Below, piece after piece: positions 1 through 12,540 of a stretch of 64,000 nucleotides of DNA (position 1 is the stretch's first letter; each line of letters begins with the position of its first letter). Position numbers and translations under genes: made by a program. Source of the stretch: Octopus vulgaris (taxonomy: Eukaryota); assembly GCA_951406725.2 (NCBI GenBank), contig OX597819.1, positions 100,130,001 to 100,194,000 on the forward strand. The letters are read 5' to 3'. Below the pieces are notes generated by a model that saw only the letters and a list, made by a program, of their open reading frames with translations, searched no databases and had not been told where the DNA came from.

Positions 1-117
1 GCTTTGATCGGTCCGAGGCTAAGCTAGAAGACACCTGCTCAAGATGCCACGCAGTGGGACTGAACCCGGAACCACGTGGTTGGGAAGCAAGCTTCTTACC
101 ACAGACCCACGCCTGCA

Positions 118-120
<3 letters not shown>
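1..120 (-). mobile_element. tRNA-derived SINE family A, 5' part (cut by window edge)
   Basis: Reverse complement matches the head of the copies at 21345 and 30705/32987 (aggcgcagg..tgtggtaag..ggttccgggttcagtcccactgcgtggca). Confidence 0.85.
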
Positions 121-156
<36 letters not shown>

Positions 157-157
<1 letters not shown>

Positions 158-506
158 CCTGTAAATAGTAATAATGGCATTTGTATAAGCTTAAAACTTA
201 TAGCGTTTGCCGTGCAATGACTAAGGAAAATAGTCTAATAATTGGGCATAGAAGCCCTCGACAGACAAAAAAGTAGTCTTTCCCATCAACGTGAGTCTCG
301 AACCCACATCCTTTTGTTAACGCGTCTAAGTGTGTTAGCATTACATCAGCGAATTAGGCTAATTCGAGTCTCACGCGGATGGGAAAGCCTACTTTTTTCC
401 GTCGCGGGTTCATATGTCCCATTATTAGGCTATTTTCCTTAGTCATTGCACTGTGATCGCTATAAGCTTTAACCTTGTATAAAAACCATTATTATTATTT
501 AGAGGA
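157..506. mobile_element. Foldback/MITE-like element with ~145 bp imperfect inverted arms
   Basis: 157-302 is the reverse complement of ~363-506 (e.g. tgcaatgactaaggaaaatag / ctattttccttagtcattgca). It lies between (TA)n tracts. Confidence 0.8.
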
Positions 507-575
507 CTGTAAAACTCGGTACCATATAACAAAACCATTCCCACCGAAATATATATATATATATATATGTATATA

Positions 576-1570
576 TTGGGTCATCCCACAAATAATGCAG
601 CTTATTTATACTTCTTTTATTTTTCAAAATTGAATTGAACAAAGTTCTTTTTAATCTAAAATATACTCTCCTTCATTTTCTACACTGCTCTTCGATCTAT
701 CTGGTAGAATCGCAAGGCCCCTTTTCCAAAATTCACTTGTCCGTGAAGAAAAATACTCCTCCAGTACTGTTGTAACCTTGTCTACAGCATTCATATTTTC
801 TCCATTCAAATGATTTTGAAAACTGCGAAATAAATGATAATCAGATGGGGCAATGTCCGGCGAAGATGGTGAGTGGGGCATTGTTTCCCATTCAAACTGC
901 TCTAGCCTTTGGAACGTCATGCTCGCTGTATGTGGCCGAGCGTAATCCTGATGGAAGAACACCTTTCGTATTGAAACCAAAGGTAGTCGTTTTTCTTCTA
1001 GCGCTGACTTAAGCCGCTCAAGCTACTCACAGTAGACCTCCTTTGTTATCGTTTGGTTTGAGTTTAAAAGTTCAAAGTGGACTAAACCTTTCATACCCCA
1101 CCAGACAGATAACATCAAGTTACGCAGATGAAGACTTTCTTTAACCCGGGGTGCCTGTGTTTCTCCTTTCCCTACCGACTGCCTTCGGCGCTTGCCATTT
1201 TCATAGAAAATCTATTTCTCGTCACCTGTCTCTATTCGCTCCAAAAATAGTTCATTCGGGCGACCTCCGCGCGATTACACTGGGTAAGTTTGTGATGAAC
1301 CCATTGATACAATTTGGTGACTATTTCGATGGCACGCAGGTGTTATAAAATCGTTGAATGATCGAATCGAAGCTTCACTGTAGGTTCCTTAACAATTATG
1401 ATAAGATTTTTTCCAGTAGAACTTGCGGGACGTCCTCGTCGAGCTCTACAAATCTTCCAGGACGACGCTTGCCTTCTAAACTAGTTTTTGGCTAGGAATT
1501 TCTGAAACCACCGTTGACACTAGTTTACGATTATTGTCCGATCTCCATATACTGCTTTACGTTCACATTT
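576..1570 (-). mobile_element. Decayed mariner (DD34D-type) DNA transposon, one end retained
   Basis: ORF 651-980 has FHQDYARPH and SPDIAPSDYHLF, mariner catalytic motifs. A TA followed by a TIR-like ttgggtcatccc starts at 576. The upstream transposase is frameshifted. Confidence 0.85.
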
Positions 1571-1724
1571 TTAAAAATTTCATTTCTGGTTTTCGTGTTA
1601 TACTATACGTCTTAAACCCGATACAAGTGAAGTCATGAAATTGAATTGATGTTTAAGCAATGTTCTAGAGGAATTCATTTAAATAATATTTATAATTAAT
1701 CTTTTCAAAAATACTGAGTGTATA

Positions 1725-2375
1725 CAGTACCGTCAAAAGTCTTCGGCTATTTTAAACTACAGCAAATTTCTACTAATTGGTAATTTATGAGTGTATGTCG
1801 CGCATTACGTTTTCTACAGATGAAATATTGGCTCTGTTTCCATACCTAATCATTTTACTTTGTAGTAGGGGTTCTGAATGACAGGATAAGATGCAAGTCG
1901 ACCCCCAAACGTTTTCGGTCATCTCACATAAACCAATCAAAATACAGTGTTTTAAAACAAAAAAATGTCTATAATGAAAATATATTAAATAATGTTCATT
2001 TCAAGAAGTTACTGTACATTGTTAATATTACGTGTGACCTCTCTTAACTTCAGTGACGGCTTCAATGCGCCTGGGAAAGGATACGTACAAATTCGTTACC
2101 GTCTTCATATGTATGAGATACCATTCTGTGCGGTTGATCTACCACAACTCTTCTAGATTTCGTAGCTCCTTCTGACGAACTCCTCTTTAGTTCTGTCCAC
2201 ATCTGCTTAATGATATTTAAGTCAGGGTTCTGAGCTGGCCAATCCTGCAATACGATAACACTTTCATCAGCCATACTCTGTTGTGTTGCACACAATCCGT
2301 GGCATGGAGCTCCGTCATACTGAAAAATCTCACCTTCATCTCGTATCAAATTGACGGTAACTTGAATAGTGCCAA
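1725..2375 (-). mobile_element. Tc1-like transposon remnant (3' part of transposase plus one TIR)
   Basis: IFQYDGAPCH..DWPAQNPDLNIIKQMW in ORF 2062-2442, and TA+CAGT terminus at 1723-1728. Confidence 0.8.
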
Positions 2376-2519
2376 ATACACCGGTTCTCAAGCAATGACG
2401 GCAGACAAACACTGACACAAACACGCACACGCACATACTCACTTTCTAGAGGAATACATTTAAATAATACTCATAATTAATGTTTTCAAAAATAATGAGT
2501 GTATACAGTACCGACACTT

Positions 2520-3340
2520 TTATCCAGCTTCTTGGGCCATCACCTTTTATGTATCCCCAAAGGATCAGATTCTTACTCCCAAACTTTACTTTTTTTGTCA
2601 TGTAGCGAGGGTCATTTCGCTTTCCTGGAGTTATGCTGGCAAACGAGTCTTCATTCTGAGAAATTAGTTTTCATTCCTAAATGTGGGCGGTTTCTTACTC
2701 TTTTCCAGAGGATTTATCGTAGCAATGCATTGATCCATTTTCACAGTTGTCAGAGTCAACGACCATATCTCGGAACCGTTTCTAATTGCGTCCTCGGTCC
2801 GTCAGTGGTCTCCCTTCTCGGCTCTTCTACACATGCTGCCTCAGTGGTCTCCATTCTCAGCTCTTCTACACATACTGCCTCTCCAGATCTTGCTGCTTCT
2901 TTAGCACTTGCTACCTCATCACCTCTTTCTATTTCATCAAAGGTTTCTAAGGAAGTTACAAATAAAGGGGACATCTCTTTTGAGGTGAGTTGCTCGCAGG
3001 AGCAAAGATACATGTGGACTGCGGTGGGCGTGTCACTTAGCATCGAGAAAAATTCTGTCTCGTTAATCATCATCATAAGTCGCTTCAGAGACTGGTCAAT
3101 TTAAGTGCCTGGTTTGGGACAATGATTGGGACAAAATTATGAACAGGAGACTCTTTCTGAATTGCCGACTCAAGGTAACTGATGCCTTCTTCACCTCCAT
3201 CATAATTAAGCGTCAGTTCGTCGGACTTCACTCCAGGCCTTGTCTGACCAAAGGAGTATCTGCTCTTCTGTGTCCTGTGGAAACGTTGCATTCTATTGGT
3301 CAAGCGATGGAATGCGGTAGCTACTGTTGCACCATCTGCA
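2520..3340 (-). mobile_element. Possible Ty3/Gypsy pol remnant (RNase H end/linker)
   Basis: MQRFH..SRYSF..RPGVKSDELT loosely resembles the RxQRW..Y.F...RPG..N..AD.LS motif at the end of Gypsy RNase H. The match is weak. Confidence 0.3.
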
Positions 3341-3571
3341 AATATTTCTGGACACTACTATTACTATAACACAACTACTACCACCACTCTAACCTTACTG
3401 CTAATCTCACCCCACCACCATTCAGTGACTTAACCCATAATGATCACAACCAACACAATACTACTACCGTCACTCTATCATTAGAACCTCTCACACCACA
3501 AACATTATTCCTACCACTACCACTACAATTATCACCATCTCCATAACTATCATTATTATCACTATCCATAA

Positions 3572-4003
3572 AGGTGGCGAGCTGGTAGAATCGTTAGCGC
3601 ACCAGACGAAATGCTTAGCAGTATTTCGCCCGTCGCTACATTCTGAGTTCATATTCCGCCGAGGTCGACTTTGCCTTTCATCGTTTCGGGGTCGATTAAA
3701 TAAGTACCAGTTACGCACTGGGGTCGACATAATCGACTTAATCCTTCTGTCTGTCTTTGTTTGTCCCCTCTATGTTTATCCTCTTGTGGGCAATAAAGAA
3801 ATAAGAATCGTTAGAGCGCCAGACGAAATGCTTAGCAGTATTTCGCTCGTCGCTATGTTCTGAGTTCATATTCCGCCGAGGTCGACTTTGCCTTTCATCC
3901 TTTCTGGGTCGATAAATTGAGTACCAGTGAAACTCTGGGGATCGATGCAATCGACCTATCCCTTCCACCAAAATGGCTGCTCTTGTTGCAAATTTTGAAA
4001 CCA
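3572..4003 (+). mobile_element. tRNA-derived SINE family B, dimeric copy
   Basis: ggcgagctgg(t/c)agaatcgttagc head and core gtcgactttgcctttcatcctttcggggtcgataaa..gtaccag present twice. Same family recurs about 10 times in the window. Confidence 0.85.
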
Positions 4004-4116
4004 TTATTATTACTACCAGTAGCACAACCACTATCACGACCTCTACCAAAACTACCACCACATCCACAATCAGCACTACTACCATTATCAAAATTCTATC
4101 ACTACCTTCACAATAC

Positions 4117-4168
4117 TACCACCACCACCACCACCACCACCACCACCACCACCACCACCACCACCACC
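4117..4168. repeat. (CAC)n microsatellite
   Basis: Seen directly. Confidence 0.95.
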
Positions 4169-4599
4169 AACGACGTTTATCAACACAACTGGCACTACTA
4201 CCACTACTACCACAATAACCAAGGCAGAGATTTCATGAAACCTATTTGTCAATTACATTCTAATCACATCGGAAGATCGAATGTTTTAAAAATCAAATTC
4301 AAGAGAGGCTTTATTCTTTATATTTTATTTTAGTTTTTGTCTTTTCTATTTTGTTTATATAGTTTGATTTGATTTGATTGAATTTAATGGCTTAGCGGCT
4401 GACTACTCTGTTCCAGGTTTGAACCAGCCACCCCACCACCATCCCTCGTTCACACACATAAGCACCGATTACACAATATTCGTCGCCACACAATCAACCA
4501 CCCGACCAACAAACTAGCCAACCAACCAACCAACCAACCACAAACATCTATACCAACAAAGGTGGCACTGATATAAAATTACTTCACTTTTTCAACACT

Positions 4600-4857
4600 A
4601 TCCATATATATATATATATGTATGCATGGACACACATAACACAAACATCACACACACATGTATGTATGTATAATGTATGTATGTATGTACGTACGTATGT
4701 ATGTATGTATGTATGTATGTATGTATGTATGTATGTATGTATGTATGTATGTACGTATGTATGTATGTATGTATGTATGTATGTGTGTGTGTGTATGTAG
4801 GTATATATGTATATAGATATGTGTGTCTCTCTCTATATATAAGTATATACAATCAAA

Positions 4858-4926
<69 letters not shown>

Positions 4927-5671
4927 TTATATGTATATATATATGTGTGTGTGTATCTATATATGTATGTATATAAATATATTGATATATATATATATAT
5001 ATATATACTGCTATACGTGTGTATATTTGAATTTATATATTATATATTTATGTGTACACATGTATACTTAATGTATACACAAACATGAACGCAGATATAT
5101 GCCTGTATCTCTTTCTGTAATACAGGCATCATGTGTGTGTGCGTGTGTGTGTGTATATGTTTCCATATATGTATTATAATCATGTTTGTGTATGTGAATA
5201 TGTGCGTGTATGTGCGCGTGTAGAGGGAGTATGCGCGTATGTGCGTGTGTGTGTGGGTGCTTAAAATTCCAAACAAGAAATGGCGATGATATTTTTCATT
5301 AATGTCAGTTCTGTTTTCTTTAAAACGCTATTTTTTTCACACCGCAAGGTAAGATTCTACGATATATATGTGTGAGTCTGTATGCGTGCATGTGTGAACG
5401 TATGCATCTGTTCATGTATTTATGTGTGTGTATAATTATGTATATATATGCGCGTGTGTATGTATGTGTGTGTGCGTGTATGTTTTTAGTGTATGTGTGA
5501 GTGTTTACGTGTGTATACATATATACATAAATACATACATACATACATGCATACATACATACATACATACATATATACATACATAGGGAGAGTTTACGAA
5601 AAAAGAACAAAAGACGAAGACAGGTGGTACATACATACATACATGCATACATACATACATACATACATACA

Positions 5672-5731
<60 letters not shown>
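4600..5731. repeat. Compound (TATG)n/(TA)n/(TG)n/(TACA)n microsatellite region
   Basis: Seen directly. Confidence 0.95.
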
Positions 5732-5735
<4 letters not shown>

Positions 5736-5895
5736 ATGAATACAGGGCTATGCACCTATTCGTCGATGCAAATTTTTGTCTTACATTTTGTAAATTTTAG
5801 TGTTTATATACTTCACCTCATAGTCTTTTTCTATTTTTTATTGACTACAGAATTTTTTCTTCATTATCATTATTATAGTATTATTTCATGCAGCT

Positions 5896-5962
5896 TCCTC
5901 TTCCTCCTCCTCCTCCTCCTCCTCATCCTCCTCATTATTATCATTATCATTATTATAATCAA

Positions 5963-6035
<73 letters not shown>

Positions 6036-6097
6036 TATACAAAACAGGCTGCCATACTTTTCTTTGATTAAGTAAAACTTTCTCAGAAAGCATCCTT

Positions 6098-6151
<54 letters not shown>
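5896..6151. repeat. (CCT)n, (ATT)n and (CTA)n microsatellites
   Basis: Seen directly. Confidence 0.95.
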
Positions 6152-6152
<1 letters not shown>

Positions 6153-6987
6153 AACCCTGGTTTAGAATATAACGGTTGTACTGGGGGTACAAATAATATT
6201 GATGTTGATAACAAGAAAATTACATCTGCAGTTTAAACAAAAACTTTTTTTTTAAATTGTTCTCTTATGTGTGTTATTTTTAGATTATATATCTTTTATT
6301 TTTTAATTATTATTATTTTTTTAGCTAGATCTCGATATTTTATTTTGTCGCCAGGGTTTTGTTTTCATAATTTAATTGAAATGTTTTCTACCTAGTTTTT
6401 CGTGGTTGTAATTTGGTTAATTCACGGCTTGTGTTTTAACATGTGAAGGGGCAAGTTTCTGATGAATGACATTCTCTGCTTAAATTGTATTTGTTCACAG
6501 GATATCTTAAGTAACAAGTAAAACATGCAAACAAAAAATAATAAAATAACAATGACAATAAAACTGTTTATAATTGTTTTAAAATGAAAATATATAATGT
6601 GCAGCGTGAAGAGAGACGACATTTTCTTGTACATAAGTCTATTGACTTATTCATCAGAATCCTTCAACGGGTGAGTGGCGTTTCAACAAAAGAATAAAGT
6701 TATTCTCTTCAGTTAGTACAGTGTTTCTCAACCATTTCCCACCTATGGATCCCTTTGATTTATATTTTACTCTGAAAAACCATTATAGCCGTTCAATATT
6801 TTTTAAAATTCCTATTATATTTTTACGATTGAATATTATAAGGAACTGCATAAAACATCAATGTATTTTGCGTTATCGAAGTTTAACCAATATATTGCTA
6901 GTAAATCTTAATATCGAAATCTTTTATGGATAATAAAGGTGATATGGACGACTGGGTTTGTATGTGCCAATGAAAATACTTACACAA

Positions 6988-7048
6988 CACGATAACACCT
7001 TCATCAGCCAGACTCTGTTGTGTTGCACACGATCCGAGGCATGGAGCT
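6988..7048 (-). mobile_element. Short Tc1 transposase fragment, same family as 1725-2375
   Basis: acgataacaccttcatcagccagactctgttgtgttgcacac..ccgaggcatggagct matches 2252-2310. Confidence 0.75.
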
Positions 7049-7691
7049 TATATGCATCAAAGCCATTTGATCACCATAAACAAATCAACTGTGTGGATTG
7101 TTTAACAAGAAATTGCTGAATCCTCTTTCACGCACTGAGAGAGAAACTTAAAAAATAGGTAAATTAAAGATGTATTAAAGCTTTGTAATTAAGAATCGAA
7201 CGCCAACCGTTTTCTCGGTGCTTACATATAACTTATACAATCAAATTTTCTGCAACTTCTCCTTAAAATATTTTCTTCATCGAAGATTGCATATTTAGAT
7301 TCACAAGTTCTAGATTCTTTTTAAATAACCTGTTTCTTTTCGTCCATACACTCTTTTTAGGGGTCTTAGATGATAAATGTGGCAAAAAAAGAAGCACGTA
7401 AAACCAGAATATGAAGTTATTCCGAGTGAGAGGTGTCAAACATTTAAACCAACCATCGTTTAAGCATCAGCTTCGTAATTTCAAGAGACGGATAAAAGAA
7501 CAAAAATACTGAACAAAATTGAGGGATGGGGAAAATATATAGCAAAAGAAACAAGGAAAGGAGGAATGGAAAAAATTATTCGCGTTTTTTTATTCTGTTT
7601 AGGTTTTATATTAAGAAAGGAAAAATGTTTTCAGTATCGGGTGACATACATGCACACACACACACATACACACGCACATTACACACATACA

Positions 7692-7736
<45 letters not shown>

Positions 7737-7907
7737 CATGCACACTCGCATACCTTACATTCCCCCATACAAACACACACACATACACATGCACACACAT
7801 CAGTGAGTATATGTATGCGTGTATATTTGTATATGTGTATATATGCATATATGTATATTTTAAATGTATATATTGTAACACATGCGAAAGATTATAAATA
7901 GCTGAAC

Positions 7908-7966
<59 letters not shown>

Positions 7967-8009
7967 TATGTGCATATGCACGTATGTATGTACATATGTA
8001 TAATTTTAC

Positions 8010-9180
8010 TTTGAGTTTCTTTGAGAAAGTTCGAGCCGGTTGCTAACAAAGTAATAACACTTCTTGAGCTAAGAGAGTCCCCGGTGTTTGTAAATATGTG
8101 GTCGATTTTGTGTGCTGGTTGAACTGTCGATACACACAGCCCAGTGTGCGCGTCTATTCAGATAAACATTTTTGAAATGTCTAACAAACCTTCACTAATA
8201 GATTGGATTTGAAGAATCCACCTGCTTCTATTGCCCCTTTTTAATGAGCATTTTTAGGTTTTGTGCAAATTTGTTAGTACATAACCTACTGCAGCTATGA
8301 TGATAGGTACATATGAGAATTCATAGTCAGGGCTACAAGACCTATCAATTCCGTATTAATTCGTCATAAATGTACTCTTTTCCCTGGTCTGTTGATTGTA
8401 CATTCACATCTACTGGGTAGCTGACCGCCACCACAGAACAATATCAGGTTTGCTCTGTTTGTACCGAATTGATGTTTTTATTAGGGTGTTCCACCAGCAT
8501 TCTTTGTTTTTAAAGGAGTGAATACCTGCTGGTTCTGACATACCTTCGATGTTTGCGTCTGAGTAGACTTTCTTGAGGATAGCAATATAAATATTCTTTG
8601 CAACTATATCATGCCTAATGGGCAGGTAATATCTCGAAGACACATTGGGGTATCTGTTGATGATGAAAGCAATATCTTCCACACTGGTATAAGAGAGCCG
8701 AAATTTTTTTATCACGTAGAGGTTTGATTGTATCTTTGTCCCTGTTATTCATCAGGTATCTCGTAGCTATTCCTATTCTTGAATAGCAGGGCATATCCTT
8801 CTAGGTGTGATGTATCTACTCTTCGTTTCAATGCTGCTGTTGCCCTTTAACTTACAGTAAGTGTACCCAAGAATTGCTTTTTGTTGGTATGATGCCTGCT
8901 TCTCCTTTAAGCTTCTGTTTAAGTAGGCCAGCTCAGCCTCCTTAGGATCACATAAAACACTTGTATTCTCAGGTACCCGCTCTCCTCCACCTGTGAAGAT
9001 ATTGTTGCTCTTACTTTTGATAATGCAGGGAATGTACTAATTTCTTTCTTTAGGTGTTGTCTACGTGAATCAAGATACAAAATATATTTTGTATCTTTTC
9101 ATTTGTCTTGCTCGCTTATGATCTGGCGTTTGCTGAATTTTCTTGAGAACAATCTTTTCTTAGTAGTAAGACGCTAGGGG
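8010..9180 (-). mobile_element. Decayed non-LTR retrotransposon with restriction-like endonuclease (R4/Dong-like)
   Basis: ORF 8410-8715 has RHDIVAKNIY, WWNT and KPDIVLW, the RHD and PD motifs of RLE-type LINEs. Confidence 0.8.
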
Positions 9181-9223
9181 TCTACCTCTAGCATAATGGA
9201 TGTCCACTTAGTTCTCAATCCCT

Positions 9224-9294
<71 letters not shown>

Positions 9295-9319
9295 TTTATT
9301 TTAAGCAGCAGAAAATTCA

Positions 9320-9371
9320 ACAAAATCTGTTACTCTGAGTTTCTCGTTGCCGTTCATCAGACAGTTTTTGC
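9320..9371 (-). ncRNA. Minimal type I hammerhead ribozyme motif (PLE-1, sense copy)
   Basis: Reverse complement reads CUGU-CUGAUGA-A-CG(GCAA)CG-A-GAAA-CUCAGAG-UA-ACAG. Confidence 0.8.
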
Positions 9372-10387
9372 TAGAATGGAACATATATATTAATTCAATC
9401 TATACTCTTACAAACGCTACACCTTTAAAAAGAAATGGACTTGTTTGATTGGCCCTTTAGAAAAAACGGTCAATCTTCGAGCGATAAACAAAAAGGTCAA
9501 AAATATATGTATATATATATAAAAACTTATAAAATTATAAAATCCGAGGAAAAAACCGAGGAAAAAACCTATTGCCGTTAATGAAGACAGTACAAATTAA
9601 TGCATAGAAATTAAACCTGCTATAAATACTGCAATACATATTTATATTAAAATCCACATATATATATCAACATACACAAAAGGATGCGCGTAAATGCCAT
9701 ACATACATATACAGACGTATGAATATGAATCTAAATTATACACATAAAAGCATGTGTACATATATTCACGCAAACCGTCTCGCACGCAAGCTAAAATTCA
9801 TCTATGTAGCAATTCTCATATACTGAGCAAGGAGGGGGAACGAAAGAAAGGGAAAGAGAGAAAAAAGAAACGAAGGAGGGGTGGGGAAAACTTGTAGCGA
9901 TATTATTGACATCTATAGAGGCCAGTATACATACACAAGTTCGAATTGATACATATACATACCGTCGTGTGTATGTGTGCTTAAGCACACGCATACTTTC
10001 ACTTACACATACACAGATACGCATGCTTACAAATATATATGCTTTGCTATATACAAACTTATATAAACATTCTAAATTTGACAACATTGCTTTTTTTAAA
10101 AAAAACATTGCTTTTAAAAAATGGGTGCATTAATAAAAATATATACGAAAGACATATAAAATAAAATATAACATCCTATTTTGGGTCATTTATAAATAAT
10201 CAAGGTAATATAAATAATCAAGGTAATCTTATGCAATACAATAACATGAAAACAAAGTTTGTAGGTTTTTCCTAATATATATGTAGAAACAATAAGACTT
10301 TGCTATAGTTCCGTCGTAGCGCTCAAGAGTCAAAATCAAAATCAAAAAATCAAAATACAAAATATATACTCTATCCATATGGTATAT

Positions 10388-11047
10388 TTATATTCGACAT
10401 TTAAATTTAGCCGTGTGCCTACATAAGTTCATTAATTCACTTCTTTGATTCAAAGAATTATTGTCTTTGAATAATATATGCATTTTTTCTAATAAGCAGA
10501 GCCTGCACTTGAAATTATATTTGTAAGCTCCATGCCTGTATGGTGCCGCCCTGTCCAGAATGCTCCATGTCACGTTGAAAGGTGGGGCTTCCTTTTCTTT
10601 TAGTTCCCAGACATATTTTGCTAGGCTGGTTTTCTTTCTGTTCTCTGGGTATTTAAAAGAATTCTTATGAGAATAAAATCTTGTTTTAAATGAATTTTCT
10701 GAAGCCCCTGTGTATGTCTTGTATTCCGATGAGCCTTCCACTTGCACCTTGGCTCTATAAACTACTCCTTTCACTAGACATTTCCCTTCTAACGGACAGG
10801 AGCTTTCGTTTTTGAAATTACATTTCTTAATGGGCTCGGCACCATGTCTAATCTCAATTAGCTTCCTATTATGTTGGCTAATGTAAGAGGCGAAATTTCT
10901 GCAACAAGAATAGCTAACCTTCAGGGTTCTTCTATTAAATATTCTGTAGAATTTATGACCCTGCCTAAAATGCTTAGAGACTAATCTCAAAAATTCTTTA
11001 CCTATATTAGTCTTTACGGCCAAATTGAAAGCCGGGTTGAACCACAA
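10388..11047 (-). pseudogene. PLE C-terminal linker plus GIY-YIG endonuclease (RT portion missing)
   Basis: WFNP, C..C-PLEGKC linker, GVVY...YTG, FKTRFYSH, CRLCLLEK, LNQRSE..CRH. Homologous to the C-terminus of 49323-50780. Confidence 0.9.
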
Positions 11048-12038
11048 AACTTTCCTGGAACTAGGACCAGGAAAGTTTTGACTCTTGAGCGCTACGACGG
11101 AACTATAGCAAAGTCTTATTGTTTCTACATATATATTAGGAAAAACCTACAAACTTTGTTTTCATGTTATTGTATTGCATAAGATTACCTTGATTATTTA
11201 TATTACCTTGATTATTTATAAATGACCCAAAATAGGATGTTATATTTTATTTTATATGTCTTTCGTATATATTTTTATTAATGCACCCATTTTTAAAAGC
11301 AATGTTTTTTTTAAAAAAAGCAATGTTGTCAAATTTAGAATGTTTATATAAGTTTGTATATAGCAAAGCATATATATTTGTAAGCATGCGTATCTGTGTA
11401 TGTGTAAGTGAAAGTATGCGTGTGCTTAAGCACACATACACACGACGGTATGTATATGTATCAATTCGAACTTGTGTATGTATACTGGCCTCTATAGATG
11501 TCAATAATATCGCTACAAGTTTTCCCCACCCCTCCTTCGTTTCTTTTTTCTCTCTTTCCCTTTCTTTCGTTCCCCCTCCTTGCTCAGTATATGAGAATTG
11601 CTACATAGATGAATTTTAGCTTGCGTGCGAGACGGTTTGCGTGAATATATGTACACATGCTTTTATGTGTATAATTTAGATTCATATTCATACGTCTGTA
11701 TATGTATGTATGGCGTTTACGCGCATCCTTTTGTGTATGTTGATATATATATGTGGATTTTAATATAAATATGTATTGCAGTATTTATAGCAGGTTTAAT
11801 TTCTATGCATTAATTTGTACTGTCTTCATTAACGGCAATAGGTTTTTTCCTCGGTTTTTTCCTCGGATTTTATAATTTTATAAGTTTTTATATATATATA
11901 CATATATTTTTGACCTTTTTGTTTATCGCTCGAAGATTGACCGTTTTTTCTAAAGGGCCAATCAAACAAGTCCATTTCTTTTTAAAGGTGTAGCGTTTGT
12001 AAGAGTATAGATTGAATTAATATATATGTTCCATTCTA

Positions 12039-12090
12039 GCAAAAACTGTCTGATGAACGGCAACGAGAAACTCAGAGTAACAGATTTTGT
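12039..12090 (+). ncRNA. Minimal type I hammerhead ribozyme motif (PLE-1, inverted copy)
   Basis: ctgt ctgatga a cggcaacg a gaaa ctcagag ta acag. Stem I ctgt/acag, GNRA-capped short stem II, palindromic stem III. Predicted cut after 12079. Confidence 0.8.
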
Positions 12091-12185
12091 TGAATTTTCT
12101 GCTGCTTAAAATAAAGCATATTACTCTACCACTGGTATTTGAGTACTCTTTTTTCCACCTTGTTTCACATTTATGTGTTTACTCC

Positions 12186-12540
<355 letters not shown>

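Noticed and set aside
4598-6071. ORFs rich in YI/YVCM/HT/I runs (also near 12.1k, 15.2k, 19.8k, 25.7k, 26.5k, 27.2k, 42k, 45.8k and 63.4k)
   Set aside because: These are translations of (TA)n, (TATG)n, (CA)n and (ATT)n microsatellites.
6605-6670. 66 nt open frame between cag and gtgagt (REERRHFLVHKSIDLFIRILQR)
   Set aside because: No polypyrimidine tract and no recognisable protein. Such a pattern is expected by chance.
6719-6900. cagtgtttctcaacc, a hAT-MITE-like terminus
   Set aside because: No matching second TIR or 8 bp duplication could be found by eye.
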